Positions 61,263-64,000 of a DNA stretch of 64,000 nt are shown one piece after another; the first letter of the stretch is position 1; the number at the start of each line of letters is the position of its first letter. Below the pieces are notes generated by a model that saw only the letters and a program-made list of their open reading frames with translations, was not told where the DNA came from and did no database searches. This DNA comes from Nemertoderma westbladi. Taxonomy: Eukaryota; Animalia; Xenacoelomorpha. Where the stretch lies: NCBI GenBank assembly GCA_032718475.1, contig JAUCBJ010009083.1, positions 62,001 to 126,000 of the forward strand, given 5' to 3'. The position numbers were made by a program, and so were the translations under genes.

Positions 61263-64000
61263 TTACGTTATAGAGTCCCTAGATATTTGTCGGATTAGGG
61301 AAGTGGTCGTAGGAAGAGTATCTTGCCTTCCATAGTTTCCGGACAGTTTTCGGTCTCTTTCCAGTAAACATAAACGACCAGCTGGGCGATTGAGTTGTTG
61401 TGTTAGTTTCTCCGCTCCCTTGGCCTGTCTACTCTCTGCCGTGGTAAGATGAGGAGGCCATTCTTCTTCTTCTTTACTTAAGGAGTCGGATCCACCTAAC
61501 CAGCCTGGAGTATCTATCAGTTCTTGAGGAGTTGCTCCTCTGGAAGCGATGTCGGCTGGATTAATCGTCCCAAGGCGATGTCTCCATTGATCTACATTGG
61601 CGTTAATATCGTCATTATCTGAGGAGTATGGTGTTACCTCAGTGGGTTCGTCCACTTCACTGCTCCCCTCTTCCCAATCCTTTACTTGAAGTAGCCGGTC
61701 TTGTGGCAATCTTTCTTCAAGAGTTCTGCGGGAAGGGCCAGTAAAGTACCAACCTACTCTAGTTCTTACCGCATAAGTTTGTAATGGCTGCGGTTGAGCA
61801 GGCCGTTTCTCCAATGTCTCGAGCGCCTCATGCGCGTTTTGGCCGATGAGGATTTGCACTCCAGGATAATCGGTTTGGAATCGAGGTATCTCAAGATGTT
61901 GGATGCACTCGTCCTCATCCCAGTTATAAAGGTCTGCTTGGGTAGTAGCGAAGTTCTTTATAGCCACCATTTTTACTGACCTTATACTTTGTGCTCCTAA
62001 TTTATCCTGGGGGGTGGACAACTCACCTACATAGTAATCTGCCGTTAGGGTAGATTTCCAAACCTGCATAATTCCTGACATATTCAATTTAGTCCGGAAC
62101 TTGGGTTGTCCAGCAAAGATATCTTCGGCTAGTTCTTGATCGATGAATGTTCCTGTGCTGCCGGAGTCAAGTAGGGCGTTCACTATGTAACTCTTGTTGA
62201 GACCATGAACTCTCACTTGCACTACAGGAAATTCTCTTATTCCTATGTTGGAAGTTGGAACTTTCCAAGATGGTTGTTTGTCAAAAGGAGTTGGAGTAAA
62301 CTCGTCAGTGTCCTTTTCATACGTAAGTGCTCGATACACTGTGGTATTTATTAGATAACAGGATTCGTTGGCATCGGAGAATTCGTCTGTATAGAATCCT
62401 TCCCACTCAGAACCTTGGTCAGTGTCGTTCACATCACTGAATTGGACATGTAGTTCGGGCTCACTTACCTGACTCGGGTTGTCTCGTTCGAACTCACTGT
62501 GTAACAAGATGTGATGTTTCGCGCCACACTTTGCACACTTTACGTCGGAGTAACAGGTTCGCCGTTGGTGTCCTGATCTGAGGCAATTATAGCATAACCG
62601 CTTATTCCACAGGACTGTACGTCTGTCTACAGGGGATTTCTTTAGAAATTCAGCACACGCACTCAAACGGTGGGGCCCGTCGCACAGCGCACATTTTGGT
62701 TTGATGTTACTCACTTTACCTTGGGTAACGTTATGCACTCTCGTTCTTTCTTCGGGCTCTCTTCCGTGAATTCTCTTAGGAGACTGAGGAGGGGTCTTGG
62801 CAACCTGTTCTCTCCTATCGTTGTTTCGAGCCTTGTATTTACTTACGTCCTTTGAGGTCTTGTCAACATAATAAGATCGGTCTGTGTCTTTCCCGCTGTC
62901 CTCTTCTTGGGAAGCTTGGCTTTCGCCGTCGTCAGTGTAACACACTGGTGTTACTCTTCTCCTAGAAGTGGGTTTCTCACTTACCTTATTTTCCGATGTT
63001 TTCTCTCTGGACTGCTTGATGAGTTGTAGTTTGACTTCACCATTTAAGAAAGACATGAGATCAGCCATGGTAGGGCTTCGTCGTTGTTGTTCATTCATGT
63101 ACAACACTTTCTTGTCCCAACGTGTACATACTCCACCCTTTGGTAAAGTAGAGACTACGGCTCCAATAACCATGGAACTCTGATATTCATGCGACTTACC
63201 TAACCAGTCCAGTTGTCTACAGATCTCTTGAATTTCATCGGAAAACTCTATAATCCCGCTACTAAGGAAGTGTCGGGGGGCTACTAATTTTGCATATAAA
63301 TACTTAGCTATGTTATCCTTGTTACCATACCTGATGTTTAATGTATCCCAAACTTGTCTTAATCCTTCTGGATGTCCGATAAACTTTAACGCCATTAACT
63401 TGGGAGGTCCTTCCAAGCACTTGATGAGGAATCTAAGTTTCTCTCCGTTAGATAGTACAGAGTTCTGTATGCTATCTTTGTAATATTCGTTGAAAGGTAA
63501 CCATTTCATCTCATCTCCATTGAATTTGACGATCTCTCCCACTTTGACCGCTTGGCGGGCTTCTGTTCTAGCCATCTGACGCGTAAAGCTTTCTTGGGCC
63601 ATCGTGTTATTTAATATCGAATTATCGGTATATAAATTTCTCGGATCATTATCAGGTCTATAGGGAATATCATTAATAACAGGTCTATAATCACCCTTAA
63701 TAGGGTTTGCTATAGGAGTTTCTACTTCACTAGCAGTATAGATGCGTGTAGGCTCCACACCTTGCGCATGTAATACTTCAGACCTAACAGGTGGACACAA
63801 TGTTACAGGGGGTATGGGTATGCCCTTTTGAATATTGACTAATTTGTCGCGTTCTAGTGCGATACTTTGCTGCACTTCTTGCAACTCTGCTCTACTTTCC
63901 CTCACTGTTCCCTTAAGTTGGTGGACAGTCTCCTGCATCTGTCCCAGCAGGAGATTCATCCCCCGCCGTCCCTCTTCCATCCACTCAACCGCCGAAGCGG
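61263..64000 (-). CDS. BEL/Pao Gag-protease polyprotein lacking RT and integrase (5' end beyond window)
   Basis: DUF1759-like Gag (KFNGDEMKWLPF..EKLRFLIKCLEG), three knuckles (CALCDGPHRLSAC, CYNCLRSGHQRRTC, CAKCGAKHHILLH), protease ALLDSGS, then only QWRH..NPADIASRG and RPAGRLCLLE remnants. The frame stays open to the window edge. Confidence 0.9.
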   Translation of the reverse strand, partial: ASAVEWMEEGRRGMNLLLGQMQETVHQLKGTVRESRAELQEVQQSIALERDKLVNIQKGIPIPPVTLCPPVRSEVLHAQGVEPTRIYTASEVETPIANPIKGDYRPVINDIPYRPDNDPRNLYTDNSILNNTMAQESFTRQMARTEARQAVKVGEIVKFNGDEMKWLPFNEYYKDSIQNSVLSNGEKLRFLIKCLEGPPKLMALKFIGHPEGLRQVWDTLNIRYGNKDNIAKYLYAKLVAPRHFLSSGIIEFSDEIQEICRQLDWLGKSHEYQSSMVIGAVVSTLPKGGVCTRWDKKVLYMNEQQRRSPTMADLMSFLNGEVKLQLIKQSREKTSENKVSEKPTSRRRVTPVCYTDDGESQASQEEDSGKDTDRSYYVDKTSKDVSKYKARNNDRREQVAKTPPQSPKRIHGREPEERTRVHNVTQGKVSNIKPKCALCDGPHRLSACAEFLKKSPVDRRTVLWNKRLCYNCLRSGHQRRTCYSDVKCAKCGAKHHILLHSEFERDNPSQVSEPELHVQFSDVNDTDQGSEWEGFYTDEFSDANESCYLINTTVYRALTYEKDTDEFTPTPFDKQPSWKVPTSNIGIREFPVVQVRVHGLNKSYIVNALLDSGSTGTFIDQELAEDIFAGQPKFRTKLNMSGIMQVWKSTLTADYYVGELSTPQDKLGAQSIRSVKMVAIKNFATTQADLYNWDEDECIQHLEIPRFQTDYPGVQILIGQNAHEALETLEKRPAQPQPLQTYAVRTRVGWYFTGPSRRTLEERLPQDRLLQVKDWEEGSSEVDEPTEVTPYSSDNDDINANVDQWRHRLGTINPADIASRGATPQELIDTPGWLGGSDSLSKEEEEWPPHLTTAESRQAKGAEKLTQQLNRPAGRLCLLERDRKLSGNYGRQDTLPTTTSLIRQISRDSIT

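Overview
Repeat-rich animal (invertebrate-like) genomic DNA; nothing suggests a prokaryotic origin. It holds four host genes, all with intron-free CDSs: Rho-GDI, NHE8/SLC9A8-like exchanger, CFAP300/C11orf70, and a Lin28-type cold-shock protein with a mitochondrial-like presequence and RGG tail. Mobile DNA includes a full-length but frameshifted piggyBac, many nested MITE/foldback elements, and hAT, CR1/L2, CRE and LINE-RT relics. Three minisatellites (about 34, 20 and 32 bp units) cover about 18 kb. The right end is an unusual BEL/Pao LTR element: an open Gag-protease ORF with RT, most of RNase H and integrase deleted in frame, then a second zinc-knuckle ORF with a candidate RFX/TATA promoter and RNA hairpin, then a 1.28 kb 3' LTR. 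The most intriguing signals are this RT-less capsid-plus-cargo element and a ~52 bp motif with a fixed GGTTA-N16-TAACC dyad shared by unrelated transposons and tandem arrays. All calls come from manual reading and family recall; no searches were run.
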